64,000 nt of DNA. Origin: Nitrospirota bacterium (GTDB lineage Bacteria > Nitrospirota > Nitrospiria > Nitrospirales > Nitrospiraceae). The notes beneath the pieces are model-generated. The model had not been told where the DNA came from. It made no database searches and saw nothing but the letters and a program-made list of their open reading frames with translations. Location: contig JAWXBV010000194.1 in assembly GCA_034440335.1 (NCBI GenBank), positions 4,980 to 68,979 of the forward strand, given 5' to 3'. A program made the translations under genes and the position numbers. Shown here in pieces: positions 29,642 to 38,810 of this stretch; the stretch's first letter is position 1, and every line of letters starts with the position of its first letter.

Positions 29642-31096
29642 TTATGATGCCTGCTTGATGACTGCCCTCATCCCCGTCAACGCTTGCACCACCTGTTCCA
29701 TTTTCATGCCGCGAGAGGCCTTCACCAACACCACGTCCCCCTGCCGCACAATCCTCTTGAGACAGTCAGCCGCTGCACCCGCATCGACCACTTCGTCGAT
29801 CTGCGAGCCTGCCATCCCCCCCTGCCTGGCTCCTTCCGCAATGTCTCGACCCAACGTCCCGCACACAATCAGCCGCGAGAGCCCCTGTGCGACAAGAAAC
29901 TCTCCAACCTCCCGGTGCATCCGGCCCGTCTCAGGGCCGAGTTCGAGCATGTCTCCCAACACAGCAATCCGTTCACGTGCGGGACTCCACTGGGCCAGCA
30001 ATTGGAGCGCCGCTTTCATCGATGCAGGGTTGGCATTGTAACAATCGTTGATGAAATGGACCCCGTGATGAGTCAAGACCTGCGACCGCATCGCCGCTGG
30101 ACGAAATCGGCCCAGCCCTTGGGCAATCATCGAACCAGAAAGGTTCAGCGCCGTACCCACCGCCGCCGCGGCGAGCGCATTCGTGACATTGTGGTTTCCA
30201 TGTACCTTGATTCGCACGATCGTGGGGCGGCTCTTTCCAGGGAGGTGTAAGCGAAAGGTCGTACCGTGGCGTGCATCGGACGTGACCCCGCTCGCACGAA
30301 CATCGGCCATTTCTGAAAATCCAAACGACATCACGCGGCATTGGGCGCGCGCAGCGAGGTAGTCAAAGTAGGGATCGTCGGCATTCAACATGGCCATGCC
30401 GCCGGGCGGAAGCAGATCCAACAATTCCGCCTTGGCCTGCGCCGATCCTTCCATGCTTCCAAAGAATTCGAGATGATCGGGGCCGATATTGGTAATCACC
30501 CCGATCGTGGGCCTGACAATCTCACAAAGCCTGGTTGTCTGCCCCTGCTGATCCACCCCCATCTCAATCACAGCCGCTTGATGGCGAGCCGTAATCCGAA
30601 ACAGGGTCGCGGGCACGCCGATTCGATTATTGAAATTCCCCTCGGTCTTCAGCACCGTCCACCGCTGAGCCAACACCGCCGCCACCATTTCTTTCGTCGT
30701 CGTCTTGCCGTTGCTCCCGGTCACCGCCACCACAGGAATCGTGAACCGACTGCGATACTGTGTCGCGAGCTGCTGGTAGGCGAACAGCGGATCGCGCACA
30801 CCAAAGAGAAAGGGCGCAGATGGCCCCTCGATCCGGCGTACGGCTGGGGAGCTCGAAGGAAGCTGATAGTTATCCTGGACGATGGCTCCCACTGCTCCCT
30901 GTGCAAGCACGGTCGGCACAAACTCATGACCATCGAATCGATCGCCTCTGAGCGCGACAAAGAGATCGCCCCGGCGAATCGATCGGGAATCTGTGCTGAT
31001 CTGTCTGATCCGGCGCTTCCCCGATAACGAGTCCTGCCCCGCGAGGACTTTCACACTGATGACTTCTCGTAACTCCTCGACCGTAAACAGCCCCAT
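29642..31096 (-). CDS. murF: UDP-N-acetylmuramoyl-tripeptide--D-alanyl-D-alanine ligase
   Basis: VTGSNGKTTTKEM. The ATG at 31096 has ggtgaggag upstream; the alternative start at 31147 overlaps murE. Confidence 0.9.
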   Translation of the reverse strand: MGLFTVEELREVISVKVLAGQDSLSGKRRIRQISTDSRSIRRGDLFVALRGDRFDGHEFVPTVLAQGAVGAIVQDNYQLPSSSPAVRRIEGPSAPFLFGVRDPLFAYQQLATQYRSRFTIPVVAVTGSNGKTTTKEMVAAVLAQRWTVLKTEGNFNNRIGVPATLFRITARHQAAVIEMGVDQQGQTTRLCEIVRPTIGVITNIGPDHLEFFGSMEGSAQAKAELLDLLPPGGMAMLNADDPYFDYLAARAQCRVMSFGFSEMADVRASGVTSDARHGTTFRLHLPGKSRPTIVRIKVHGNHNVTNALAAAAVGTALNLSGSMIAQGLGRFRPAAMRSQVLTHHGVHFINDCYNANPASMKAALQLLAQWSPARERIAVLGDMLELGPETGRMHREVGEFLVAQGLSRLIVCGTLGRDIAEGARQGGMAGSQIDEVVDAGAAADCLKRIVRQGDVVLVKASRGMKMEQVVQALTGMRAVIKQAS

Positions 31097-31137
31097 TGAC
31101 TCCTCACCTTCCACGGCACTGAACATGGTCTGGATAC

Positions 31138-32655
31138 TCACGCGCAATTCCGCAATTGCTGAATCGCCTCACGAGCCACCTCACGGTCGTCAAAATGCAC
31201 TTTCTTGGCGCCGATGATTTGATAGTCCTCATGCCCCTTGCCGGCAATGAGCACCATATCGCCACGGCGCGCCTCGCGGATGGCAACGCCGATCGCCTCA
31301 CGGCGATCCGGCACCAAGTGATACTGCACATGATTGCGGCGGACGAGTGCCTCGCGCACGCCGATCTCAACTTCATGGAGAATCGCCATCGGGTCCTCCG
31401 TTCGAGGATTATCCGACGTCAAGATCACCACGTCGCTGTATTCCACGGCAGCGCGTCCCATCTTGGGTCGCTTCCCGCGATCCCGGTCACCACCGCACCC
31501 AAACACGGTAATGATCCGATCAGTCTTTAATGCTTGGGCTGCCATCAGCAGCCTGAGGAGTGCATCTTCGGTATGGGCATAATCGACGACGACAGTAAAA
31601 TCTTGGCCGGATGAGACCCGCTCGAAGCGACCTGGAACATTGGCAATATGAGCGGCCGCTTCGCGGATCTGATCGATGGTGGCCCCGTCATGCAGCGCGA
31701 CTCCAATCGCCCCCAGCAAGTTATAGACGTTGTGCTCTCCGACCAGCCGGCTCTCGATCGGAAACGTACCGCCTGGAGTTGCTGCCGTGAATGTGGTACC
31801 GGCCAGCGAGAGATGCACTCCTTCCGCCTTGAGATCGGCTTGGTTCTGAATGGCATAACCCCAAACCGGCACAGGACAGGCTGCACGGATGGCAGCCCCT
31901 CTGGGATCGTCCAGATTGACGATGGCGCGCTTCCCGGTCTTCTGCCCTCCGGCCAACCCGGTAAAGAGTCTCCGCTTCGCGTCGAAGTACTCATCCATGG
32001 TGTGATGAAAATCGAGGTGATCCTGCGTGAGATTCGTGAAGACTGCCGTGTCATACTCACAGCCCGATGTCCGATCTAGGGCAAGCGCGTGGGACGACAC
32101 TTCCATCACTGCGGCGTTAAGCCCGCTCTCGACCATCTTCGCCAAGAGTGACTGAAGATCGAGTGCACCGGGCGTCGTGTGGGAAGCAGGAACTGTTTCT
32201 TGCCCGATCTGGTATCCCACCGTGCCGATCAACCCTACCTTCCGGCCGATCCCTTCCAGTAACGCTTTGCAAAGATATGTCGTCGTCGTCTTCCCATTCG
32301 TGCCTGTCACGCCGATCATCTTCAGACGGGCGGAAGGATCCCCGTGAAACCGGCTTCCCAGAAGGCCGAGCGCCTTGCGCGAATCGGCCACCCGCACAAA
32401 CGGGAGCGGCACTGAGGCCACAGGCGCCTGTGCGACCACCGCAACGGCTCCGGCCTTCATCGCCTGTTCGATAAACCCATGACCATCAACGCGCTCACCC
32501 TTTACGGCGATAAAGAGGCTCCCACTCGTCACGGCCCGAGAATCGTCGGTGATCCCAACTACTGGGCGACTGCTATCCCCGCTCTGCTCCAGGATCTCAA
32601 CCTGCCCACGAAGCGACGCAAGCAACTGCATGAGGGTGATGGAGTCGCGCGCCAT
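31138..32655 (-). CDS. murE: UDP-N-acetylmuramoyl-L-alanyl-D-glutamate--2,6-diaminopimelate ligase
   Basis: GVTGTNGKTTTTYL and a DNPR motif (TSDNPRTEDP). Confidence 0.95.
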   Translation of the reverse strand: MARDSITLMQLLASLRGQVEILEQSGDSSRPVVGITDDSRAVTSGSLFIAVKGERVDGHGFIEQAMKAGAVAVVAQAPVASVPLPFVRVADSRKALGLLGSRFHGDPSARLKMIGVTGTNGKTTTTYLCKALLEGIGRKVGLIGTVGYQIGQETVPASHTTPGALDLQSLLAKMVESGLNAAVMEVSSHALALDRTSGCEYDTAVFTNLTQDHLDFHHTMDEYFDAKRRLFTGLAGGQKTGKRAIVNLDDPRGAAIRAACPVPVWGYAIQNQADLKAEGVHLSLAGTTFTAATPGGTFPIESRLVGEHNVYNLLGAIGVALHDGATIDQIREAAAHIANVPGRFERVSSGQDFTVVVDYAHTEDALLRLLMAAQALKTDRIITVFGCGGDRDRGKRPKMGRAAVEYSDVVILTSDNPRTEDPMAILHEVEIGVREALVRRNHVQYHLVPDRREAIGVAIREARRGDMVLIAGKGHEDYQIIGAKKVHFDDREVAREAIQQLRNCA

Positions 32656-32661
32656 AGCGTT

Positions 32662-34380
32662 TCAGTGATCCCTCATCGCCAGTGCAATGTTTACCGTGTC
32701 TTCTCTGGCTACACCAAGATAGTTGAGCACCTGTTCCCCGACATGGCTAAATACGGGTGCCGCCACAGTCCCGCCCCAGGCTTCGCCTTGCGGTTCATCG
32801 ACGACCACGATCATTGCCAATCGCGGAGACTCTGCCGGCACATACCCGACAAACGATCCGACAAACTGCGTGGAGGAATAGGCGCCGGTCCGTGGATCGA
32901 TTTTTTGTGCGGTCCCGGTTTTACCCGCCACGCGGAAACCTGGGATGGCCGCCTTTGCACCCGTCCCATTCGTCACAACACCTTCCAGCATCGTCGTCAT
33001 TGTCCGAGCCGTATCCGGAGACACGACTCGCCGCTTCACTTGCGGTCGCACTTCCTTCAGCACGCGACCTTTCTGATCGCGCACTTCGGATACCACGTAT
33101 GGCTTCATCATCACGCCCTCATTCGCGAGAGTCGCCAAGGCCGACACCATTTGGAGGGGCGTCACCCCAATTTCCTGTCCCATCGAAATTGAAGCGAGCG
33201 ATCGACGGCCCCAGTCTTTCGGCGCCTTCAAGAGCCCTCTCACTTCACCCGGCAGGTCGATCTCAGTACGTTGGCCAAACCCGAATGCTTGAAGATAGCG
33301 ATAAAGTCGCTGTTCTCCAAGCGCTATCCCGATTTTGGCAGCGCCGATGTTGCTGGACTTTTGAATCGCCTCCGAAAACGTCATCCAGCCAAATTTGTCA
33401 TGGTCATGAATCGTGGTGTTAGCGATCACCATCTGGCCGTTTTCACCGAAGACCATGGAACTGGGTGTCATCACTTTTTCTTCAAGCGCCGCGGCAGCAA
33501 CCATCGCCTTTATGGTCGACCCAGGCTCGTACGTATCCGTCAGAGCGCGGTTGCGCCAGCGATCGGGGGTCAATGCGGCAACGACATTCGGGTCGAATCG
33601 TGGACTGACGGCCATCGCGAGAATCGCGCCAGATTGCGGCTCCATGACAATGATCATCCCGGACTTGGCACGAGAATGAATGACGGCTTCTTCAAGTTCT
33701 TTTTCTGCAATGTATTGGATCACCTCGTCGACGGTCAGCGTCAGCGCATGCCCCGGCGACGGCGCTTGCTCCATCACACCCTTGGGAAACACCGTGCGGC
33801 CTAATGCATCGCGTTGTAATACCGTGACGCGTTTTTCTCCATGCAGCTCCGAGTCGTATCGACGTTCAAGCCCCTCAAGCCCCTGGCCATCCATCCCGGA
33901 AAATCCGAGGACGTGAGCCAGCAACGGGCCCTTGGGGTAAAACCGCCTTCCCTCCATCACGATGCCAATGCCGTCCAATGACAGCTGCTCCAGCCGACGA
34001 CCTTGCTCAGGCTCGACTTTTCGCGCCAACCACACAAAACTCTTGTCTTGCCGAAGTTTTCTCTCCAGCTCACTGCTTCGAATATGAAGCACCGGAGCAA
34101 GGTGACGGGCGACGCGCGAAGGACTCTCCAGCGACGTAGGGACGCCGAATACGGACGGCACCTCCACATTCATGGCGAGCACTTTGCCGTGCCGATCCGA
34201 CACCATGCCTCTGGCCCCCTCGAATGATACGGTCTTTTGATGTTGCCGATCGGCCTTGGCCGTGAGTTCGGCGGCTTGAAGCACTTGGAGCGTGACCAAC
34301 CGAAAGAGAATAATGCTGAACCCACAGAGGAGCAGAAGCACCACCACGTAGCGACGACCGCGAGATGGGCCGGCCGTCAC
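32662..34380 (-). CDS. ftsI: Peptidoglycan D,D-transpeptidase FtsI (PBP3)
   Basis: 572 aa, N-terminal TM, transpeptidase motifs STIK (EPGSTIKAM), SSN and KTGT. Confidence 0.9.
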   Translation of the reverse strand: MTAGPSRGRRYVVVLLLLCGFSIILFRLVTLQVLQAAELTAKADRQHQKTVSFEGARGMVSDRHGKVLAMNVEVPSVFGVPTSLESPSRVARHLAPVLHIRSSELERKLRQDKSFVWLARKVEPEQGRRLEQLSLDGIGIVMEGRRFYPKGPLLAHVLGFSGMDGQGLEGLERRYDSELHGEKRVTVLQRDALGRTVFPKGVMEQAPSPGHALTLTVDEVIQYIAEKELEEAVIHSRAKSGMIIVMEPQSGAILAMAVSPRFDPNVVAALTPDRWRNRALTDTYEPGSTIKAMVAAAALEEKVMTPSSMVFGENGQMVIANTTIHDHDKFGWMTFSEAIQKSSNIGAAKIGIALGEQRLYRYLQAFGFGQRTEIDLPGEVRGLLKAPKDWGRRSLASISMGQEIGVTPLQMVSALATLANEGVMMKPYVVSEVRDQKGRVLKEVRPQVKRRVVSPDTARTMTTMLEGVVTNGTGAKAAIPGFRVAGKTGTAQKIDPRTGAYSSTQFVGSFVGYVPAESPRLAMIVVVDEPQGEAWGGTVAAPVFSHVGEQVLNYLGVAREDTVNIALAMRDH

Positions 34381-34712
34381 TCGCGCCCCCTCCCGATTGA
34401 GTCATGTTTCGCCACACGGATGAGTTCCACGCGCGGGGGCACCAGGCTTGGAGCCTCTCCCGGCAGACGCACCATCAGCACTTGCCCCTGCTGCGGCGGA
34501 ACAAGCCCCAACTTTTCTGTCGCCACCTTCGCGATCCGTTCTGGAGCCGTCAGCGCTGAGAACTTCACTTGCAATTGATCCCGCTCCCGTTCCAGCACTA
34601 TTTTCTGGGTCTTTAATCGTTCGATCTGATAGCCCAATCGAACGACATCCACACGCTCCCACACGAATACGAAGACCAACAACACCCCGGCCACAATCGT
34701 CAGGATCTTCAT
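34377..34712 (-). CDS. ftsL: Cell division protein FtsL
   Basis: 111 aa, single TM plus coiled coil. Position between rsmH and ftsI with 4-nt overlaps on both sides. Confidence 0.7.
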   Translation of the reverse strand: MKILTIVAGVLLVFVFVWERVDVVRLGYQIERLKTQKIVLERERDQLQVKFSALTAPERIAKVATEKLGLVPPQQGQVLMVRLPGEAPSLVPPRVELIRVAKHDSIGRGRE

Positions 34713-35626
34713 GACTGACCCTCCTTGGATACCCGTTGGGCAGCCCGCAACTTGGCACTGCGGGATCGAGGATTTCGGTCCGACTCCTCCCTGCTGGGAA
34801 CCTGCGGTTTCTTGGTGAGCACCACCAATTCAGGATCGTCCTTACCGGAGAGCGCCCGAAACGTGTGCTTCACAATCCGATCTTCGAGCGAATGGAATGA
34901 AATGACACAGAGGCGGCCGCCGGGAGACAACACATCGACTGCATCACGCAACGCCGGTTCGAGACAGTCGAGCTCATGATTCACTGCAATGCGAATGGCT
35001 TGAAACGTGCGGGTGGCACAGTGGAGACGACCATGCCGATATTTCACAGGAACAGCCCCCTCGATTACTGAGACCAGCTCTTTCGTCGTCGCCAATGGAT
35101 GGCGTTCACGCGCGCGGACAATGGCACTCGCAATTCGTCGAGAAAACCGTTCCTCGCCGAACTGAAAAATTGCGTCGGCTAACTGCGTTTCCGGCCATCG
35201 ATTGACCAGGTCAGCGGCGGTCTCGCTCATCGATTGATCCATCCGCATGTCCAATGGACCATCTCCTTGAAAGCTAAAGCCACGAGCCGGCTCGTCCAGT
35301 TGTGGAGACGACACTCCAAGATCGAATAGAATTCCGTCGACCTGGTTCATGCCGCTCGCCGCAAGGTGTCGTTTTAAGTCCACAAAATGACCATGGATTA
35401 GGAGCACGCGGTCGCCAAACCGTGCCAGCCTTTCTCGGCTGGCTGCAATGGCCACCCCATCACGATCAAATCCAATAAGTCTGCTGTCTGGATTGCTTGT
35501 TTCAAGAAGTTTTTCAGCATGCCCACTATACCCCACTGTACAATCAAGGAAGATTCGTCTATCCTCCCGAGCAAGCCAAAACAGCACCTCTTCTGACATA
35601 ACTGGGACATGGCGAGATACACCCAT
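34709..35626 (-). CDS. rsmH: 16S rRNA (cytosine1402-N4)-methyltransferase RsmH (MraW)
   Basis: HVPVMSEEVL, DCTVGYSGHA, GILFDLGVSSPQLD, ISFHSLEDRIVK. Confidence 0.95.
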   Translation of the reverse strand: MGVSRHVPVMSEEVLFWLAREDRRIFLDCTVGYSGHAEKLLETSNPDSRLIGFDRDGVAIAASRERLARFGDRVLLIHGHFVDLKRHLAASGMNQVDGILFDLGVSSPQLDEPARGFSFQGDGPLDMRMDQSMSETAADLVNRWPETQLADAIFQFGEERFSRRIASAIVRARERHPLATTKELVSVIEGAVPVKYRHGRLHCATRTFQAIRIAVNHELDCLEPALRDAVDVLSPGGRLCVISFHSLEDRIVKHTFRALSGKDDPELVVLTKKPQVPSREESDRNPRSRSAKLRAAQRVSKEGQS

Positions 35627-35672
35627 TAAATATTACAAGCCATATTCACCCACTTCCTCCCACTAGATGGCA

Positions 35673-35700
35673 AGTATACACCCACCCTAAGACTTGTCAA
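35673..35700 (-). promoter_or_regulatory. Near-consensus sigma-70 promoter directly upstream of rsmH (candidate dcw cluster promoter)
   Basis: The minus strand reads TTGACA-N16-TATACT, about 45 nt upstream of the rsmH ATG, within an AT-rich spacer. Confidence 0.45.
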
Positions 35701-35970
35701 TTAAAAATTCATGTACTTATGAAGTTTGAAGGCTCTCTGTTTTTCTCAAATTTGATGGACAGAAATGGGGGATGATAGGGGGGGCCATAACTCCCTTGGG
35801 GAGAGCGTACTTCCACGGTATTCTCCTTCAAACCCTACGAAGAGAGCCTATTCGGCATCTGTGCATCTGGTTGAAGATCCTCACCGCCGACGATGATCGA
35901 ACCGAAGATCCCTGCGCACGACGTTGGCGAGTTTTATTGACAAGGATTCACGTCGGATTAAAATGGCGTT

Positions 35971-37050
35971 ATGCCTCCTCAATACCCACAATCACTGCGC
36001 GTAGTGACGGCAATCTCCCTGATCGCCCTGCTCAGGCTATTCTTGAATTTCGAAGAGACTGAGGCTAAGGACTTCAATCCCGGCAATCCCCTCAACGCAC
36101 CCGCTTCCGTGTACTGGTGCCCATCCAAAACGCCCGATCAACAGATCTCGACAAAGAAGGGCTCCGGATGTCAGCCGCTCTACGACCAGCAAGCAGAAGA
36201 ATCGTTTCGAGAAAGCGCACGGCAACAGGGCTACGATCTTCCGGATCGCGACCCAATAAGAATTGTGGACATGCAGAATGCCGCCTCACAATTTGCCGAC
36301 CGATACCGAACGTTCTTGTCGTGCTGCTTAACGGCCAGTGATGCGCCTACAGATATCGTTGACTTGATCGACGAAGCAAACCACATCCTCAAGTCTGTTC
36401 AACAAAAAGGTATCTTCAATTCGACCGGATTCGGAGTCGGGAGTGGAGACGCCGGGTTAGGCGGTGGATCCGGGCAAGGTCCGAAGCTTGGGACATTCGC
36501 TCGTCAATTCACGTTGAGTGACATTGTCGGCACGGTCGCGCGGGCACGGGATGATCTGTTTACTCTCAAACAACGTCTGGAGAAGTTGAGCGCAGCGCAA
36601 CAAGGACTCGGCGAAGCGGGATATGAACGAAGCGGTCAGCTGAGACTTCAAATACAAGAGGAAGAGGAGGCGATCAGGAAAGATTTTAAATCCAAAAAAC
36701 CGCCATCATCCGCGCCAACCGGCATGGAGATCCAAGATACCACGTTGCGCTCAAGAATCGGCGGAGACATCGAAGATACCAAACTCAACCCAAACTTCGG
36801 CGCTGATATCAACTATTCCGTTTCCCCATACAGCAATGTAAGCGAATCGCTTCGTCCGCGGCGGGGTAACGACGTTCAGGACAGCAACCTTCCGCATCGA
36901 CCAGGTACGGACTTACAAGAGACAGTGATCCCCAACAGCACCGGCTTCGAAATCGACCAATCTCAAAACCCAGACGGTTCCTCTACCATTCAGGGTCGCG
37001 GGGTCGGCCCCTCCATCGGAGACTCCGGTCTGAACAGCAAACAACGGTAG
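35971..37050 (+). CDS. Hypothetical secreted protein, low-complexity C-terminal half
   Basis: 359 aa, N-terminal hydrophobic segment VVTAISLIALLRLFL. Reiterated D-[IVL]-[QE]-[DE]-[TS]-x-L motif in the C-terminal third. Confidence 0.6.
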   Translation: MPPQYPQSLRVVTAISLIALLRLFLNFEETEAKDFNPGNPLNAPASVYWCPSKTPDQQISTKKGSGCQPLYDQQAEESFRESARQQGYDLPDRDPIRIVDMQNAASQFADRYRTFLSCCLTASDAPTDIVDLIDEANHILKSVQQKGIFNSTGFGVGSGDAGLGGGSGQGPKLGTFARQFTLSDIVGTVARARDDLFTLKQRLEKLSAAQQGLGEAGYERSGQLRLQIQEEEEAIRKDFKSKKPPSSAPTGMEIQDTTLRSRIGGDIEDTKLNPNFGADINYSVSPYSNVSESLRPRRGNDVQDSNLPHRPGTDLQETVIPNSTGFEIDQSQNPDGSSTIQGRGVGPSIGDSGLNSKQR

Positions 37051-37059
37051 TTCCCGCTC

Positions 37060-38082
37060 CTACTTTGCCACCACCGGCGGCACCGATTCCCACGTCTCTC
37101 CCCTATCCTTACTTCGATACAAGCCGCTCCCGTTCGTACCTGCATAGAACAGGGCCGGATCGGTCGGACTCTGCGTGAGTGACCGGATATTGAGCGTCGC
37201 AAGGCCGGTATTAAGCGTACTCCATGTCGCCCCACCATCTTCGCTCCGGTGGACGCCTTCCCGTCCGCCCAGATACATGACGCCCTTTCTCGTGCGATCC
37301 AAGATCATCGAAAACAACATCTGATCTTGGAGCGATTGTCCGATCCGCACCCAACCCTTCCCTCCATCCGTCGTCTTATAGAGTCCCGCCAGCGTGGAGG
37401 CATATACCGTATCCGGCTCGAACGAATCGACCAACACCGACGTCACGCTAAGCGCCCGCGACGACTTAATGATGTCGGGCGACACAAGGCCGTTGTTCAC
37501 CTTCTCCCAATGACCGGTCTCGTCGGTCGTTTTGTATACTCCGCCGCTTGTGCCCGCATAGAGGATTGCCGGTCTGGTTGGATCCATACCCAGCGTGACC
37601 ACCATCAGCACTTCCTTCATCCCCTCCATTTTCTTCACCCAATGTTCGCCGCCGTCTTTGGTCTCGGACACCCCCATCGTCGTGGCAAGATAGATATGAT
37701 TGTTGTCCGCCGGATCGAAGAGGAATTGATTGACCACCGACGAAATCGTCACATCGTCCAACCCAGAGCGCATCGAGGCCCAACGTTGCCCTCCGTCATG
37801 GCTCTTAAAGACCGCATCGCCCTTTGTGCCGGCATACACCGTGGCCGGATAGACCGGATCAAGCGCCATCGAAATCACACGCGAATGGCTCATCCCATGC
37901 GACAGATTCGTCCAGGTCCGGCCCCCATCGCGCGTCTTATAGATGTAGTCGTTCGTCGCAACGTAGATGATGTCGGGATTCTTCGGATGGAGCTGAATGA
38001 CGACGATCGCATCGCTGCGATTGCAGCCCACGAGGGAAATTGCCAGAAGAAGAGCGAAAATAAGAATTCTAGCCATGCACAA
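37060..38082 (-). CDS. BNR/Ycf48-like beta-propeller lipoprotein
   Basis: Lipobox LAISLVGC. Seven S/T-x-D-G-G-x-(T/H/G)-W repeats (DGGRTW, DGGQRW, DGGEHW, DETGHW, DGGKGW, DGGATW, DRGETW). Confidence 0.8.
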   Translation of the reverse strand: MCMARILIFALLLAISLVGCNRSDAIVVIQLHPKNPDIIYVATNDYIYKTRDGGRTWTNLSHGMSHSRVISMALDPVYPATVYAGTKGDAVFKSHDGGQRWASMRSGLDDVTISSVVNQFLFDPADNNHIYLATTMGVSETKDGGEHWVKKMEGMKEVLMVVTLGMDPTRPAILYAGTSGGVYKTTDETGHWEKVNNGLVSPDIIKSSRALSVTSVLVDSFEPDTVYASTLAGLYKTTDGGKGWVRIGQSLQDQMLFSMILDRTRKGVMYLGGREGVHRSEDGGATWSTLNTGLATLNIRSLTQSPTDPALFYAGTNGSGLYRSKDRGETWESVPPVVAK

Positions 38083-38096
38083 GACAGGGTCTTACG

Positions 38097-38216
38097 GGAT
38101 GGTCAAACATGTCGTCCGGCGAGGCCGCAGCGAGTGAAGGCCCGAGGCGTACCCTTGCGGTACGTTGAGGGTCTGAACGATGCGAGAACAAAGCTGGAGG
38201 CATTTTTTACCATCCC
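38097..38216. repeat. Repeat family B: ~120-nt long imperfect palindrome
   Basis: Outer stem gggatggtcaaacatg / cattttttaccatccc. The conserved core aggccgcagcgagtgaaggcccgaggcgtacccttgcggtacgttgagg is shared with 54452-54522 and 55819-55891. Confidence 0.6.
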
Positions 38217-38224
38217 GTTACCAG

Positions 38225-38722
38225 TTACCGGTAGTTTGTGAACTGCAGATCAATCCCAAAATCTTTACTCTTGAGAAACGCCATGGCCGCTTGAAGGTCA
38301 TCCTTGCTTTTGCTCAATATCCGCACTTGCTCACCTTGAATCTGCGCTTGCACTTTCAATTTCGACTCCTTAATAGCCCTCGCCACCTCTTTTGCCTTGT
38401 CCGCCGCGATCCCACTTTGAATCTTCGCCACCTGCCGCACCGTCCCACTCAGCGCCGGCTCCACAGTCCCATAGTCGAATGCCTTTAACGAGACCCCGCG
38501 CTTCACACACTTGGTCTTGATAATATCGATCACCGCATTGAGCTTATACTCATCGTCGGAGACCAAGGACAGCTCCTTTTCCTTCTCCTTCAACGTAATC
38601 TCAGTCTTGGTGTCCTTGAAATCAAAGCGCTGTTTGACCTCCTTCGTCGCCTGATCGACGACATTCTTCATTTCCTGCATGTCCACTTCCGACACCACAT
38701 CGAACGAAAATTGCTCAGCCAT
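38225..38722 (-). CDS. yajQ: YajQ family nucleotide-binding (cyclic-di-GMP-binding) protein
   Basis: MAEQFSFDVVSEVDMQEMKNVVDQATKEVKQRFDFKD, typical UPF0234. Confidence 0.9.
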   Translation of the reverse strand: MAEQFSFDVVSEVDMQEMKNVVDQATKEVKQRFDFKDTKTEITLKEKEKELSLVSDDEYKLNAVIDIIKTKCVKRGVSLKAFDYGTVEPALSGTVRQVAKIQSGIAADKAKEVARAIKESKLKVQAQIQGEQVRILSKSKDDLQAAMAFLKSKDFGIDLQFTNYR

Positions 38723-38736
38723 AGTTCCCCCCACTT

Positions 38737-38790
38737 CTCGCGAGACGCGCGTGACTAGCGAGACTGGTTTCTCACGCTCGTCTCGCCCTT
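38737..38790. repeat. Weaker word-built hairpin (GCGAGAC / GTCTCGC)
   Basis: tctcgcgagacgcgcgtgactagcgagac...tctcacgctcgtctcgc, between the cstA stop and the yajQ start. Confidence 0.35.
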
Positions 38791-38810
38791 CGCGCTTTTC
38801 CCGCTAACCA

